From: an uncultured bacterium
GTDB lineage: Bacteria > CSSED10-310 > CAZUFC01
Reading direction: 5' to 3'
DNA length: 64,000 nt
NCBI GenBank assembly: GCA_964619725.1
Contig: CAZUFC010000014.1
Location: 1 to 64,000 of the forward strand
Positions 9,890 to 20,318 of this stretch are shown piece after piece. Position 1 is the first letter of the stretch. Every line of letters starts with the position of its first letter. The position numbers and the translations under genes were made by a program. The notes below the pieces were generated by a model, which worked only from the letters and a program-made list of their open reading frames with translations, was not told where the DNA came from and made no database searches.

Positions 9890-10393
9890 TCATCTCCCTA
9901 TTTCCCATTGATCGACAAAGGCGATTATTCTCATTTTCCGACCGCAATCAGGACATATCATAGGATCTGCCGCATAAACCTTCTGAATTAAAGCCGTCCA
10001 ACACTTCCGGCGCTTTTTTATTTCCGGGGCGTCTTCCTCTGTTTTTACTCCTTTACGGCAGGCGGCGGCACATTTATCTCTTTTTCTTTTTCCCCTTGAG
10101 GGTTTCGCATACCAGCCGCAGTATCTGTTCATGACTTCGCCTTTGTCCGGTACATGCTTTTGAAGAAGAAAGATGAACTGCAATGATCACAGTAAACTCG
10201 ACAAAAACCGCTTCTAAGCGCTCCGCAGTTCAGATATTTCTCAACGGTTTCTCGTACAAATGGGTCTGAGAGAACCCTGACGATGCTCGTATCTGTATTC
10301 GTAACTGTTCAGGAATTATTCAAAATGGTCTTCGATTATTCTGTAAAGAGGAGTGTTTCTCGGATTTCTTTGTTTATAGACACCGCAGTTCAT
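9890..10393 (-). pseudogene. Internally deleted IS91-family (rolling-circle) transposase
   Basis: N-terminus VYKQRNPRNTPLYRIIEDHFE* (in-frame TAA), frameshift, ETVEKYLNCGALRSGFCRVYCDHC joined directly to C-terminal HVPDKGEVMNRYCGWY...LIQKVYAADPMICPDCGRKMRIIAFV. Confidence 0.82.
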
Positions 10394-10435
10394 GTCGTTG
10401 CTTAGGGCAAAAGACATGCCTGTCGGTGAAAATTT
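10301..10435. repeat. 135-bp direct repeat copy 2 (IS91 5' region)
   Basis: Matches 8910-9044 at offset 1391. Confidence 0.95.
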
Positions 10436-10535
10436 TTGAATCTCCTGGAACAGATTTATCAAGAGTCAGGAAATTTAAACGTGTCAAACCACATCGGTCG
10501 GATATACGATTCCCGTCACCTGATTCGATGGACAA

Positions 10536-12160
10536 TCAGAAACTCGCGCCCCATCCGAAGCTGAACGTATTCAATTCTCCGTACACCGCTGTCATTTCCG
10601 GGTTGGTCATTGCGCCGTACCAGGTGATGCCTCTGGCGGAACCTGTGCCGGAGGGCCAGGTGAAATACTGCACAATTGTAACTGTCGTTTGACCGGCGGG
10701 AAAGTCCCGGAAGATAAAATCGAAATCCGAAAAGGAAGGGGCGAAGAAATAGGTTCCGTATACATCCAGCGCAACGAACAGGGGATATCCGGTCAGGAGA
10801 GCGCCGTCCGCGTTGCAGACGATTGCGTCGCAGTAACAGGGGGACCCCGGCATGTAGTATTCTGACGGCATGATGATCCGAACCCCCGTGGCATCGCAGC
10901 CGGTTGGGGTTTCGGTCGGCGGCGACGGTGTGGTTGTGGGCGGCGGAGTATGGCTTGATGTGGGGGACGCCGGCGACATCGTGGGGGTCGACGTCACGCA
11001 TGCTGACAAGGCGCTGTAGGCATTGATCCGTCCCGATCCAAGATCATACGTCGAATTGTACGGGTCTGCGTTCTCGCAAATCATCGCCGTCAGCTCATCC
11101 GGAGAAAGAGCTGGATTGCGTGACAACAACAGACCCGCAAGCCCGGCCACATTAGGCGCAGAACAGGAGGTGCCGCACAATTCGCCCGCATAAAAACTGC
11201 TGATTCCATAATCACTTAATGTGACGTGATAGGTCGGCATAGTGGAAAAGATATCTTCTCCCGGAGCCGCCACATGCACCCAGGGCCCATAATTGGATGA
11301 GGCGCTCCATTGCCCCGCATCCTCCATCCGCCCATCTTCATCGTTTGTCGCGGCGACTCCCGTCACATTGTCATAAGCTGCCGGATAATGTTCGTTTGAC
11401 CACCCCTGGTTACCTGCGGATGCAGTCAAGAAAACACCGTTCCCATGCGCATAGTTCACAGCATCTTCCAGGTCTGCACGGTAATACTCGATGCCGATGC
11501 TCATGGAGATGATATCCGCACCATTGTCAACCGCATACTGGATTGCGTCAATCCACAGTTCGGGGATGTCTTCGGTGTTATGCAGTCCGTTGACTTTCAC
11601 GGACATAATACGGCAATTCCAGCATACGCCGGTGATCCCCCCGCTCCGTTGTCGCTCACGGCAGCCGCAATCCCGGCGCAGACAGTACCGTGCCCGTTTA
11701 AATCCAGAACCTCATTATTGTCATCATAGAAATTCCACCCACGGATATCATCAATATAGCCGTTTGCATCGTCATCAATCCCATTGCCGGGAATCTCACC
11801 CGGATTAATCCAGATATTCTCCGCAAGGTCCGGATGCGTATAGTCGATCCCGGTGTCCATGAAAGCGATGATCACATCTGAATTCGCGGTTTCCAAATCC
11901 CACGCTTCCGGACCGTCAATATCCGCATCAGGAACGCCGCCGGTCTGACCTGTATTGTGCAACGCATATTGAAAATCAAAATGCGCATCATCGGGATACG
12001 TTCTCTGCATCCCGGCTCGTTGCGGACTCCATGGGATTCCTAACTCAAGAGCAACGGTTGCCGCAACCGGACACACTTCCGGAATCATCGCAACCATAAG
12101 CCACATCACGATCAAAACATCCAACCTCTTCCCGATCATGATACCCCCCATTAAGAGCAA
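10536..12160 (-). pseudogene. S8 subtilisin-like serine protease split by a frameshift, with Pro/Thr linker and C-terminal domain
   Basis: Triad DTGID and HGTVCAG (ORF 11597-12160) and GTSCSAP (ORF 10536-11606); frame restored (NGAG-ITGVCWNCRIMSVK) by changing the C6 run at 11637-11642. Confidence 0.85.
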
Positions 12161-12348
12161 GAATTACTGCTCTTTGAGCATTGATGCGCCAATACAGGCA
12201 TCGCGGTTCTTCACGGCCTGCCCCTTCCTGCGGCCGTGCGAGATCACCATCCATACTATCCAGCCGGCTCCCCCGCTGTCAAGAAATCCAACGCCTGCCG
12301 GTAATACGGAGTTCTCATACAAAATCGTAGTGAGAGACGTTCAAATTC

Positions 12349-12536
12349 CGGGAATGATCATACCGGGGCAACACTTTTTTCAAAACTTTTGACAGTTTGC
12401 TTCAGTAATCGGGGCCGGGGTCGCTATCTGTATCGTGATAGCTATCGGCGTCGCTATCGGTATCGCTATCGAAACTAAATAGGGAAATTCGGACTAACTA
12501 CAACCTCCAAAGACCCTTTTTTGATCAATGCCCAAA
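12349..12536 (+). repeat. Dispersed intergenic repeat family A, copy 1
   Basis: CGGGAATGATCA..TTTCAAAACTTTTGACAGTTTG..(GGGGTC/GCTATC/GGTATC)n..ATCGAAAC..TTTTTGATCAAT; similar to 38876, 61074 and 34585 (reverse). Confidence 0.8.
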
Positions 12537-12803
12537 TTCCAGCAGATTCGAGCGCGGCGGACCGGAGCACTGCTAAGCACAGCAGCGCTATGTTGATCAA
12601 GTCAGCAGAGAGCAGCGCTTAAACGCGCCGTGACCGGTATGTTGGCAACAGGCTTTGTATGAGAAATCCGGGTTAAAGCCTGCAAATGCATGATCATTGC
12701 CGGCGCTGGAAGGATTTGGCGATCCTGAACAATTTTTGACGAAATCCACATAATCCTGTATTTTTCTGAGAGAACGCCCTATTTCCATAAAAGGGGACAA
12801 AGC

Positions 12804-14654
12804 ATGAAAAAGAGAAAAGCATCAATTCTGTCGATTTTGATCAGTTGTTGCAGCGCGGCCTCGGTCGTCGCTTCGATACCTTTGCCGACGACGCCTGACT
12901 GGATTTCCGGCAACATGTACATCTCTACCGGGATAGGCTGGGGAGACATAAATGGAGACGGATTCCAGGACCTGGTGGTTTCGAACGGCAATGATATTTT
13001 CAGCGACCCGGAAGAGGTTTATTATAACCTTGGCGGAGTTCTGGAAGAATTTCCGTCGTGGGTATCATTCGATACCGATTTTTCGGGACATTTGAGTTTA
13101 GGCGATATCGACAATGACGGGGATCTGGACCTGGCCGTCGCTAATTACATATCGTCGGGACCTCAGTTTCCGCCGGCGTTCAGCAAAGTATATTACAATG
13201 GGGGTTCGGGGCTGGAGTATTCACCATCCTGGTTTCCCGAACAGGCGAACAACACGTTCAGTTGCGCTCTGGGGGACCCGGACAATGACGGCGACTTGGA
13301 TTTATTCCTGGCTAACGGCGAAAGTTATACGGACAATCCGCAGGCTAACGTGATCTACTACAATTCCGGCGGAGCATTGCAGACGACGCCCGGATGGGTC
13401 AGCGATGACGTCGACAGTTCTTATGATGCCGCCTGGGCCGATGTAGACGATGACGGAGACCTGGACCTGGCGGTCGCCAATTGCGGCAGTCCCACGAAAT
13501 TGTATTTTAATATCGGGGGGCAGCTCGAAACGACCGCAAGTTGGTCGGGCGATTCTGCTTATTGCGACAATTCCCTGGAATGGGGCGACGTCGACGGAGA
13601 CGGATTCCTGGACCTGGCGGTTTCCACTAATTCGCAAATGGTTGCAGACGGACGATTTCGAGTCTTCTTCAATACCGGCGGTTCTCTGGAATCATACCCA
13701 TCGTGGGAAGTGGACGTTTCGGGCAGCGGATACGGATCGGCCATTTCTCTCATTGATGTCGACCTGGACGGCGACCTCGACCTTATCGGCGGAAGCTGGT
13801 GGGGACAGTCAATATTCTATGAAAACATCAATGGTGAATTGTCCTCTTCCCCCTCCTGGACGAGCGATCCTGTCAGCGTTATCGAAGCATACAGTTGGGG
13901 AGCCATCAGCGAAGAGGGAACAGGATTGGAAATCGGGGAAACCTTTGACGGAGACGGGCAGCGAAAATTGTTCTACCTGGAACGCAAACCTCTCATTTCA
14001 ATCAACGCCCTCTTCGTGAACGGCGCTGAAGTCCCAATTTCGGATTACTGCGTATCGCTCGATTCCGGATGGATATCCTTCAAGAATGCGCCCCCGGAAG
14101 GCTCATCCAACGTCATCATTGACTATTCCTATGTACTGAGACCGAATCTTGCCGTCAGCAACTGGGACAGCGACATCGGCAATTACGTCTACTACAACGA
14201 TGCCGCGATGGATACTCCTACGCCTGTTACTACGCCAACCCCCGAGCCGACAGGAACAATCACCCCGCCGCCCTCGCTTACTCCAACGCCTTCAAACAAT
14301 GACTTCAACTTTTCGCTCTACCTGAATCAAACTCACTTTTCAGGCGGCGATCGATTCATACTGGAAGCCGTCATTGAGAATTATCAATTCACTGAGCCGA
14401 TCGATGCCGACCTTTACGTCGCGCTTGAAATAAACGGCGAATTCTGGTTCCATCCCGACTGGTCGCAGGAATTAAATTCCGAACCCGTCATCATCCCCGT
14501 CAACGCCATGCAGGTTCATCCTGTCCTTGATTTTTCTCTTCCCGACCCGCTCTATGAAGACGGACCCTATTATTTCTGGGGCCTGACGACTTACCGGGAA
14601 TCTTTCGACGTTATCGGCAACTACGACCGGAAAGATTTTTATTTCCGCTTATAA
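12804..14654 (+). CDS. Secreted FG-GAP/VCBS-repeat protein with Pro/Thr linker and C-terminal domain
   Basis: Six GD(I/V)(D/N)xDGDxDLAV-type repeats; signal peptide; TPTPVTTPTPEPT linker. Confidence 0.9.
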   Translation: MKKRKASILSILISCCSAASVVASIPLPTTPDWISGNMYISTGIGWGDINGDGFQDLVVSNGNDIFSDPEEVYYNLGGVLEEFPSWVSFDTDFSGHLSLGDIDNDGDLDLAVANYISSGPQFPPAFSKVYYNGGSGLEYSPSWFPEQANNTFSCALGDPDNDGDLDLFLANGESYTDNPQANVIYYNSGGALQTTPGWVSDDVDSSYDAAWADVDDDGDLDLAVANCGSPTKLYFNIGGQLETTASWSGDSAYCDNSLEWGDVDGDGFLDLAVSTNSQMVADGRFRVFFNTGGSLESYPSWEVDVSGSGYGSAISLIDVDLDGDLDLIGGSWWGQSIFYENINGELSSSPSWTSDPVSVIEAYSWGAISEEGTGLEIGETFDGDGQRKLFYLERKPLISINALFVNGAEVPISDYCVSLDSGWISFKNAPPEGSSNVIIDYSYVLRPNLAVSNWDSDIGNYVYYNDAAMDTPTPVTTPTPEPTGTITPPPSLTPTPSNNDFNFSLYLNQTHFSGGDRFILEAVIENYQFTEPIDADLYVALEINGEFWFHPDWSQELNSEPVIIPVNAMQVHPVLDFSLPDPLYEDGPYYFWGLTTYRESFDVIGNYDRKDFYFRL

Positions 14655-14703
14655 CGCTTTATCTACAAAAAGCATTGCAACCTTAACCGGCTAGGAGAAT
14701 GAC

Positions 14704-15123
14704 ATGAAATCTTTTCACAAAGAACTATGGATGAATGTCCCCGCAAGAATGGACTTTGTCAATATCACTCCTGATGTCGAATCGGCCCTCAAAGAAAGCG
14801 GCATACAGGAAGGCTTATGTCTGGTCAACGCTATGCATATAACGGCTTCCGTTTTCATTAACGACAATGAAAGCGGTCTGCACAGAGACTATAAAAAATG
14901 GCTGGAAGAACTGGCGCCGCATGCTCCCCTGGAACGCTACGAGCACAACCTGACCGGCGAAGATAACGGAGATGCCCATCATAAACGCCAGATAATGGGC
15001 CGGGAAGTCATCGTAGCCGTTACAAAAGGAAAATTGCATTTCGGTCCCTGGGAGCGGATATTTTACGGAGAATTCGACGGACGTAGACGGAAACGCGTGC
15101 TTATAAAAATTATCGGCGAATAG
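14704..15123 (+). CDS. yjbQ: YjbQ/UPF0047 family (secondary thiamine-phosphate synthase)
   Basis: [35 protein letters not shown]. Confidence 0.92.
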   Translation: MKSFHKELWMNVPARMDFVNITPDVESALKESGIQEGLCLVNAMHITASVFINDNESGLHRDYKKWLEELAPHAPLERYEHNLTGEDNGDAHHKRQIMGREVIVAVTKGKLHFGPWERIFYGEFDGRRRKRVLIKIIGE

Positions 15124-15176
15124 TCCGCAGTAAAGTCATGTCGGTACAACTCGCAGCGCCTGTCCGCTCCGGCGCT

Positions 15177-16964
15177 TTACTTCGCGTACCCCAACGATTT
15201 CAGGTATTCGACGATGCCGGCTGTTTCTTCGTCGCTCTGCAGCGTGCTTTGATGCTTTCGGCCTGTATCGACGGCCAGGCGAATCAAGGATTCTTCCTGT
15301 CCGCGCTCTTCATCAATGACCAGTATTCTTCCCGTCATGTTCACCGGGACCGGACGACCAAGCAGATACATCGCGGTAGAGGCCATATCCTGAATATTTG
15401 CGGGGCGGACGCCTGGCGAGGCTTGTTCTGCTTTGATGAAATAGTATCCTTCTCGTGCATGGTCGTAAATCGGAGGTTTTGGATAAACGATATATTGAGA
15501 TATGGATGAACGGGTTTCATTCGATGCCTTGTATTCCGGCGACAGAATGAAGATCATATCCGCTCCTTCGTTTTTTTCCGGCCGGCAGGCATCTACGCTC
15601 CGGATAACGCTGGTTATTATTCGTTCGCCGGTATTCGGTTCAATCAAATTTGATGCAGCCTCTTCAACAGTATTTATTAAGTCGCTGAATTCGTCCGGAG
15701 AAACCGCTCCCCGGGCATCACGGCCTTTCAGGTTAAAACGGAGGGTAACGTAATTTCCGACGCAATCCAGACCGAAGCATTGCGTCAGCGGATAATCGAT
15801 CTTTCCATTTTTCAGTTCTAACAGGCCCAATTCGCGCAACCAGTGATTCAGCAGAAACATCTTCCTGTATTCCTTGAAGCCGTGATCGGAAAAGATCATA
15901 ACAGGCGTTGCGGGACCGGCCGTTTTCAAGTATATGCCGACTATTCTGTCCAGGTTTTCGTAAGCAGCGTCCAGAAGCGATTGAGGAATGATATGCCGGG
16001 AATGCTGGAGCCTGTCTGGTATCGTGAACGCTATAAAAAACAGATTCCAGGGTACCGTTTCCATAAGCGCCAGTCCTAATTTTGCGCGGTTGTAGCAGAG
16101 CGTAAAAAGGTCGTCAATGTCGGGTCCTGCCTGGCGCCGTGAATTAAAAGGATCGTCGAATACAGCCTTTGCGGTCTTCAACGATCTGTAACTCGTCATG
16201 TAACCCTTTTCATTCAATAAAGCGCTCAATTGCGGAGGATGAGTATAAATGGAGCCGTCCGGACTGAGCAGTCCGCTTATCATGACGCCTTTTACCGGAT
16301 CGGGAGGATATGTGCCGGGAACATTGATCACTACCGAGGTCTTACCCGCTTCGTCCAGATATTCCCACAGCGCTTTGGTTCGCCTGTATCCCGAATTGAC
16401 TAACCTTAGACGATAATCTTTGGAAGAAAAACGAAAGAAGGATCGAATGCCTGTTTCATCCGGGTCCATGCCTGTGAATCCGCTTGTCCAGGCGGTAACT
16501 GAAGAAGGTATAACCGTTGAATCAAGCGTGCCGTGAAGCCCATTTTGCATAATCTTCTGCAAATTAGGCAGCCGGCCTTCCTCCATGAGCTTGTCGAAAA
16601 AATAAGGAGTAAAACCGTCCAATCCTATAATCAACAGACGATCCTCCTGCCTGGGACCCCTGGGAATTTCAGCGCTCTTCAACAGCTTTTTCAGTTCACT
16701 TAAACGCCATTCCTCTATCAGCGGTTCCGCCGGGCGAGCCTGGTTTTCAGTTTCAAACGATGAACTCCTGCCGGCCTCTATCGTCTCCTCCTTCGCCTCC
16801 TGTAAGCAACCGGCGCTGATCAGCAGCAGACTCATTAAAAGAACTACATGAAATAGCTGACTCAGCAATTGTGTTTTTTTCCCTTTTTCTGCTTTATGAG
16901 TTTTCATAAAAAAATTTCCAGACATTATACTCATTTCTTTGGATTCGGAAAAATCCTTCGTCAT
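15177..16964 (-). CDS. Alkaline phosphatase superfamily (type I phosphodiesterase/NPP-like) protein
   Basis: IIGLDG, AWTSGFTG, PDRLQH, IFSDHGF, C-terminal LKSLGY. Confidence 0.88.
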   Translation of the reverse strand: MTKDFSESKEMSIMSGNFFMKTHKAEKGKKTQLLSQLFHVVLLMSLLLISAGCLQEAKEETIEAGRSSSFETENQARPAEPLIEEWRLSELKKLLKSAEIPRGPRQEDRLLIIGLDGFTPYFFDKLMEEGRLPNLQKIMQNGLHGTLDSTVIPSSVTAWTSGFTGMDPDETGIRSFFRFSSKDYRLRLVNSGYRRTKALWEYLDEAGKTSVVINVPGTYPPDPVKGVMISGLLSPDGSIYTHPPQLSALLNEKGYMTSYRSLKTAKAVFDDPFNSRRQAGPDIDDLFTLCYNRAKLGLALMETVPWNLFFIAFTIPDRLQHSRHIIPQSLLDAAYENLDRIVGIYLKTAGPATPVMIFSDHGFKEYRKMFLLNHWLRELGLLELKNGKIDYPLTQCFGLDCVGNYVTLRFNLKGRDARGAVSPDEFSDLINTVEEAASNLIEPNTGERIITSVIRSVDACRPEKNEGADMIFILSPEYKASNETRSSISQYIVYPKPPIYDHAREGYYFIKAEQASPGVRPANIQDMASTAMYLLGRPVPVNMTGRILVIDEERGQEESLIRLAVDTGRKHQSTLQSDEETAGIVEYLKSLGYAK

Positions 16965-17289
16965 GGTAATCCAGGCCGAACTGGAGTGTCAAATTCCCTG
17001 GCCCCTCTGAACGAAAGTGTGACGGCTTACGTTCCTTTTGCATTCAGCCTCATCTCGAAAAAAGCTGCCGATGCAGCGATCACAAAGACCGCCGACATTT
17101 TAAGCTGTTAATGATGCGCAGTATAAAACAGCGTCGCGTTTTTACCGCCGTCTGATCAGCCCCTCCGAGACCTTTTCATCCTGTTAAAACGGGTTCCTGG
17201 CGTATCGGAGACGGTTAATCTTCCTGGCGGTTTTCTGCGTTCGAGAAGAGCAAAAACGCATTTTCAAGGCCGGAAATTCAATAAAACCC

Positions 17290-17317
17290 TTGCCGTTTTC
17301 CCGACTATTTATATAAT
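17290..17317 (+). promoter_or_regulatory. Putative sigma70 promoter of the M23 gene
   Basis: TTGCCG, 16 bp, TATAAT. Confidence 0.5.
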
Positions 17318-17372
17318 GATGCCCCGGCGACATACGATCTGGAATTTTTTAACAGGCATAAGTGGGGGGAAA

Positions 17373-18671
17373 ATGAGATTCTACAGTCTCAACCAGGAAA
17401 AGCGACGGAAGCAGGGCAAACTTACCGTTATTCTGTTGCCTGTCCTTCTTTTTTTTATTACCGGCACAATCGCGTACCAGTATTTCACTCGAAACGATGA
17501 ACCCCTTTCGGAGAACCCGGCGGCGATTCCGGGACCGATCACTCCCACGCCCCTTTTTATTCAAGCTACTCCGACAAAATCAGCCGCGCCGGAAGAAGAT
17601 ACCGTTTGCAACGGGATTTTCAATCGAGGCGATTCGTTGTATTCGCTTTTCAGAGAGCATGGGATGGAACCGGCAGAGATTCACCGGTTGGCCGCATCAT
17701 TGGAAGGCGTGTTCGACACTCGTCGATTTAAACGGGGACAACCCTTTCGAATTATCAAGGACTGCGTTACAGGAGAATTCAAGTCGTTCACCTATGAAAT
17801 CGACCACGAAACTTTCCTCACAGTTACCAGGGTACAGGAAAAATTTACCGCGTCTGTTGAAAATTATGACTTTGAATTTGCGGAAAAACGAGTCTCCGGA
17901 ATTATTGAAACGAATCTTTATTCCGATGCTGTTCAAGCGGGATTATGTCCAGCATTGATTCTCGATATGGCGGATATTTTCGGCTGGTCCATCGATTTCG
18001 CTTTGGATTTAAGAAAAAAGGACACTTTTTCAGTTATTTACGAGGAAAAATGCCGGGAAGGGCAGGAACCGCAGGCAGGAAATATCCTGGCCGCACGATT
18101 CGATAACGACGGCCGTTCCTTCTATGCTTTTCGGTACGAAAATGGCGATCAATGCGCTTATTACGACGAAAAAGGCATGTCCGTTCAAAAGAAATTTCTT
18201 AAATCACCGCTCCGTTACCGCTATATCAGCTCCGGATACTCCTATCGACGTTTTCATCCCATTCTCAAACGCTACAGGCCTCACTTGGGAATCGACTACG
18301 CCGCCGCTTCAGGAACTCCCGTTTCTGCCCTCGGTGACGGCAGGATAATTTATGCAGGATGGAAAGGCGGATTCGGCAATTATATCGAAATCAAGCACGA
18401 TTCCAAATTCGTTACTACTTACGGGCACCTCAGGGGCTTTGCGCGAGGAATTAGAAAGGGAGTTCGCGTCAAGCAGGGTCAGGTTATCGGTTACGTGGGA
18501 AGCACCGGTTTGTCTACGGGACCCCATCTGGATTTTCGTATGAAAGCACATGGAAAAAACGTGAATCCTCTGAAAGTTAAAACGCCCCCTTCTGAACCGG
18601 TTCCGGAAAGCGAAAAAGAACGCTTCTTCACTCTGGCCGAAAAATACTTGACGGAATTGGAGAAGGGCTGA
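17373..18671 (+). CDS. M23 family peptidoglycan DD-metalloendopeptidase
   Basis: HLGIDY, YGHL, STGPHLDF; N-terminal TM; start probably ATG 17373 (ORF from 17316). Confidence 0.93.
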   Translation: MRFYSLNQEKRRKQGKLTVILLPVLLFFITGTIAYQYFTRNDEPLSENPAAIPGPITPTPLFIQATPTKSAAPEEDTVCNGIFNRGDSLYSLFREHGMEPAEIHRLAASLEGVFDTRRFKRGQPFRIIKDCVTGEFKSFTYEIDHETFLTVTRVQEKFTASVENYDFEFAEKRVSGIIETNLYSDAVQAGLCPALILDMADIFGWSIDFALDLRKKDTFSVIYEEKCREGQEPQAGNILAARFDNDGRSFYAFRYENGDQCAYYDEKGMSVQKKFLKSPLRYRYISSGYSYRRFHPILKRYRPHLGIDYAAASGTPVSALGDGRIIYAGWKGGFGNYIEIKHDSKFVTTYGHLRGFARGIRKGVRVKQGQVIGYVGSTGLSTGPHLDFRMKAHGKNVNPLKVKTPPSEPVPESEKERFFTLAEKYLTELEKG

Positions 18672-18750
18672 TTATTCGCTTGAGAAAATCGTGATATCTG
18701 ATATTTTCATCAGGTGAATGAAACGATTTGACATGCCAAGGGAGGATATA

Positions 18751-20181
18751 ATGGCTGAACTTCATGATAAAATGAAAGAATTGACGAATAAGACGATTGA
18801 CAATAATTTATGGCGGCAACGACGATGCTTTAATTTGATTCCTTCTGAGACTACTCCGAGTCTTCTGACGAAGATGTGCGAGATTTCCGATCCGGCGGGA
18901 CGCTATGCCGAACACAGGACTATGGGTGGTAAAGAAGTTTATTTCTATCAGGGGATTGACTTTATACGTGACGTTGAGCAAAAAGCCGTTGAGGAAATGA
19001 AGACTTTTTTTGATTCAAAGCAGGCTGAAATGAGGCCTGTCAGCGGACAGATGGCGAATGAAGTAGTATTCAAAGCAATATTGAAGTATCTGAATTTAAA
19101 GGAAAAAGGCCCCTTCCGTAGAATCAGTAAAGTCATGAATAACGAATTGACCAAAGGCGGTCATTTGAGTTCGCAACCTATGGGAGCGCTTTTCAACTAT
19201 GTGGAAAGCGATCCGGCGACGGGAAAAGAGAACGTTGTCAATTTTCCTTTATCGAAAGAGAATATATATAAAACGGATACGTCGAAATTGTCTGACCTGA
19301 TCATGCAGCATAAACCTGAATTGATCATATTTGGAAAGAGTTTGTTTTTGCATGCCGAACCGGTAAAAGAGGTTGCGGGGATTATAGAAGGGATGAAGCC
19401 GAAGCCGATAGTGATGTATGATATGGCTCACGTGCTGGGTCTTTACGGGCTTTTCCAGGAGCCGTTGAAAGAAGGAGCGGACATCGTTACCGGATCGACT
19501 CATAAAACTTTTTTCGGTCCGCAGCGCGGCGTCATCGCCTGCAATATAGTCAAAGGGCACCCAATGGGCAAATTATGGCCTCAACTCAAGTCCAGGGCTT
19601 TCCCCGGTTCCACGAGCAATCATCATCCGGGAACGCTGCTGGCGTTGCTCGTCGCGGCCATGGAAATGAACGCTTATAAGGCCGAATATCAGTCCCAGGT
19701 CAGGAAGAACGCCCGTGCTTTCGCAAAAGCCCTGGTTAAAAAGGGAATAGAAGTTGAAGGTGATCCCGGTCTGGGATACACCGAAACCCACCAGGTCGTT
19801 TTAAGAGTGAGAAAATACGGGATCGGCGAGGACATCGCCATGCGCCTGGAGAAAAACAATATTGTCTGCAATTACCAGGCGCTTCCTGACGACGAGTCTT
19901 TTATCAAATCCAGCGGATTGCGCATGGGCGTCCAGGAAATGACAAGATTCGGAATGAAAGAAGAGGATTTTGAAAAACTGGCGGAGTTTACCGCAGCCGT
20001 TATCATAAAAAATGAAAGCGCGGCAGACGAAGTATCTCAATATCGACAGAATTTTCTGGATATGCAATATTGCCTGCCCGAAGATCAGGCGCTGAAATTG
20101 GGGGCAAGCATACTCTCGTCCGTGTTTCCAAAATCCGATCAGGTCAAACGTTTCGCGGAGGCTATGCATAAAAGTAATTAG
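18751..20181 (+). CDS. glyA: Serine hydroxymethyltransferase-like PLP enzyme (atypical)
   Basis: NLIPSE, GGHLS, YDMAHVLGL, GSTHKTFFGPQRG, SSGLRMGVQEMTRFG; ATG 18751 after GGAGG. Confidence 0.8.
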   Translation: MAELHDKMKELTNKTIDNNLWRQRRCFNLIPSETTPSLLTKMCEISDPAGRYAEHRTMGGKEVYFYQGIDFIRDVEQKAVEEMKTFFDSKQAEMRPVSGQMANEVVFKAILKYLNLKEKGPFRRISKVMNNELTKGGHLSSQPMGALFNYVESDPATGKENVVNFPLSKENIYKTDTSKLSDLIMQHKPELIIFGKSLFLHAEPVKEVAGIIEGMKPKPIVMYDMAHVLGLYGLFQEPLKEGADIVTGSTHKTFFGPQRGVIACNIVKGHPMGKLWPQLKSRAFPGSTSNHHPGTLLALLVAAMEMNAYKAEYQSQVRKNARAFAKALVKKGIEVEGDPGLGYTETHQVVLRVRKYGIGEDIAMRLEKNNIVCNYQALPDDESFIKSSGLRMGVQEMTRFGMKEEDFEKLAEFTAAVIIKNESAADEVSQYRQNFLDMQYCLPEDQALKLGASILSSVFPKSDQVKRFAEAMHKSN

Positions 20182-20318
20182 CGCCTGTCCATAATGAAAA
20201 GTATGGGACTGATCAAACAGGGGTTACAAATTGTGATCTCGATACTCAAAAAGTACTTTCGTGCTCAGCGGATCGGCGCTCGTGCTCGTAATCGATCGAT
20301 TCAAATGATTGTCCTGCT

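Noticed and set aside
12410-12475. Hexamer repeats as a CRISPR array
   Set aside because: No constant 23-47 bp repeats with unique spacers, and no cas genes in the window.
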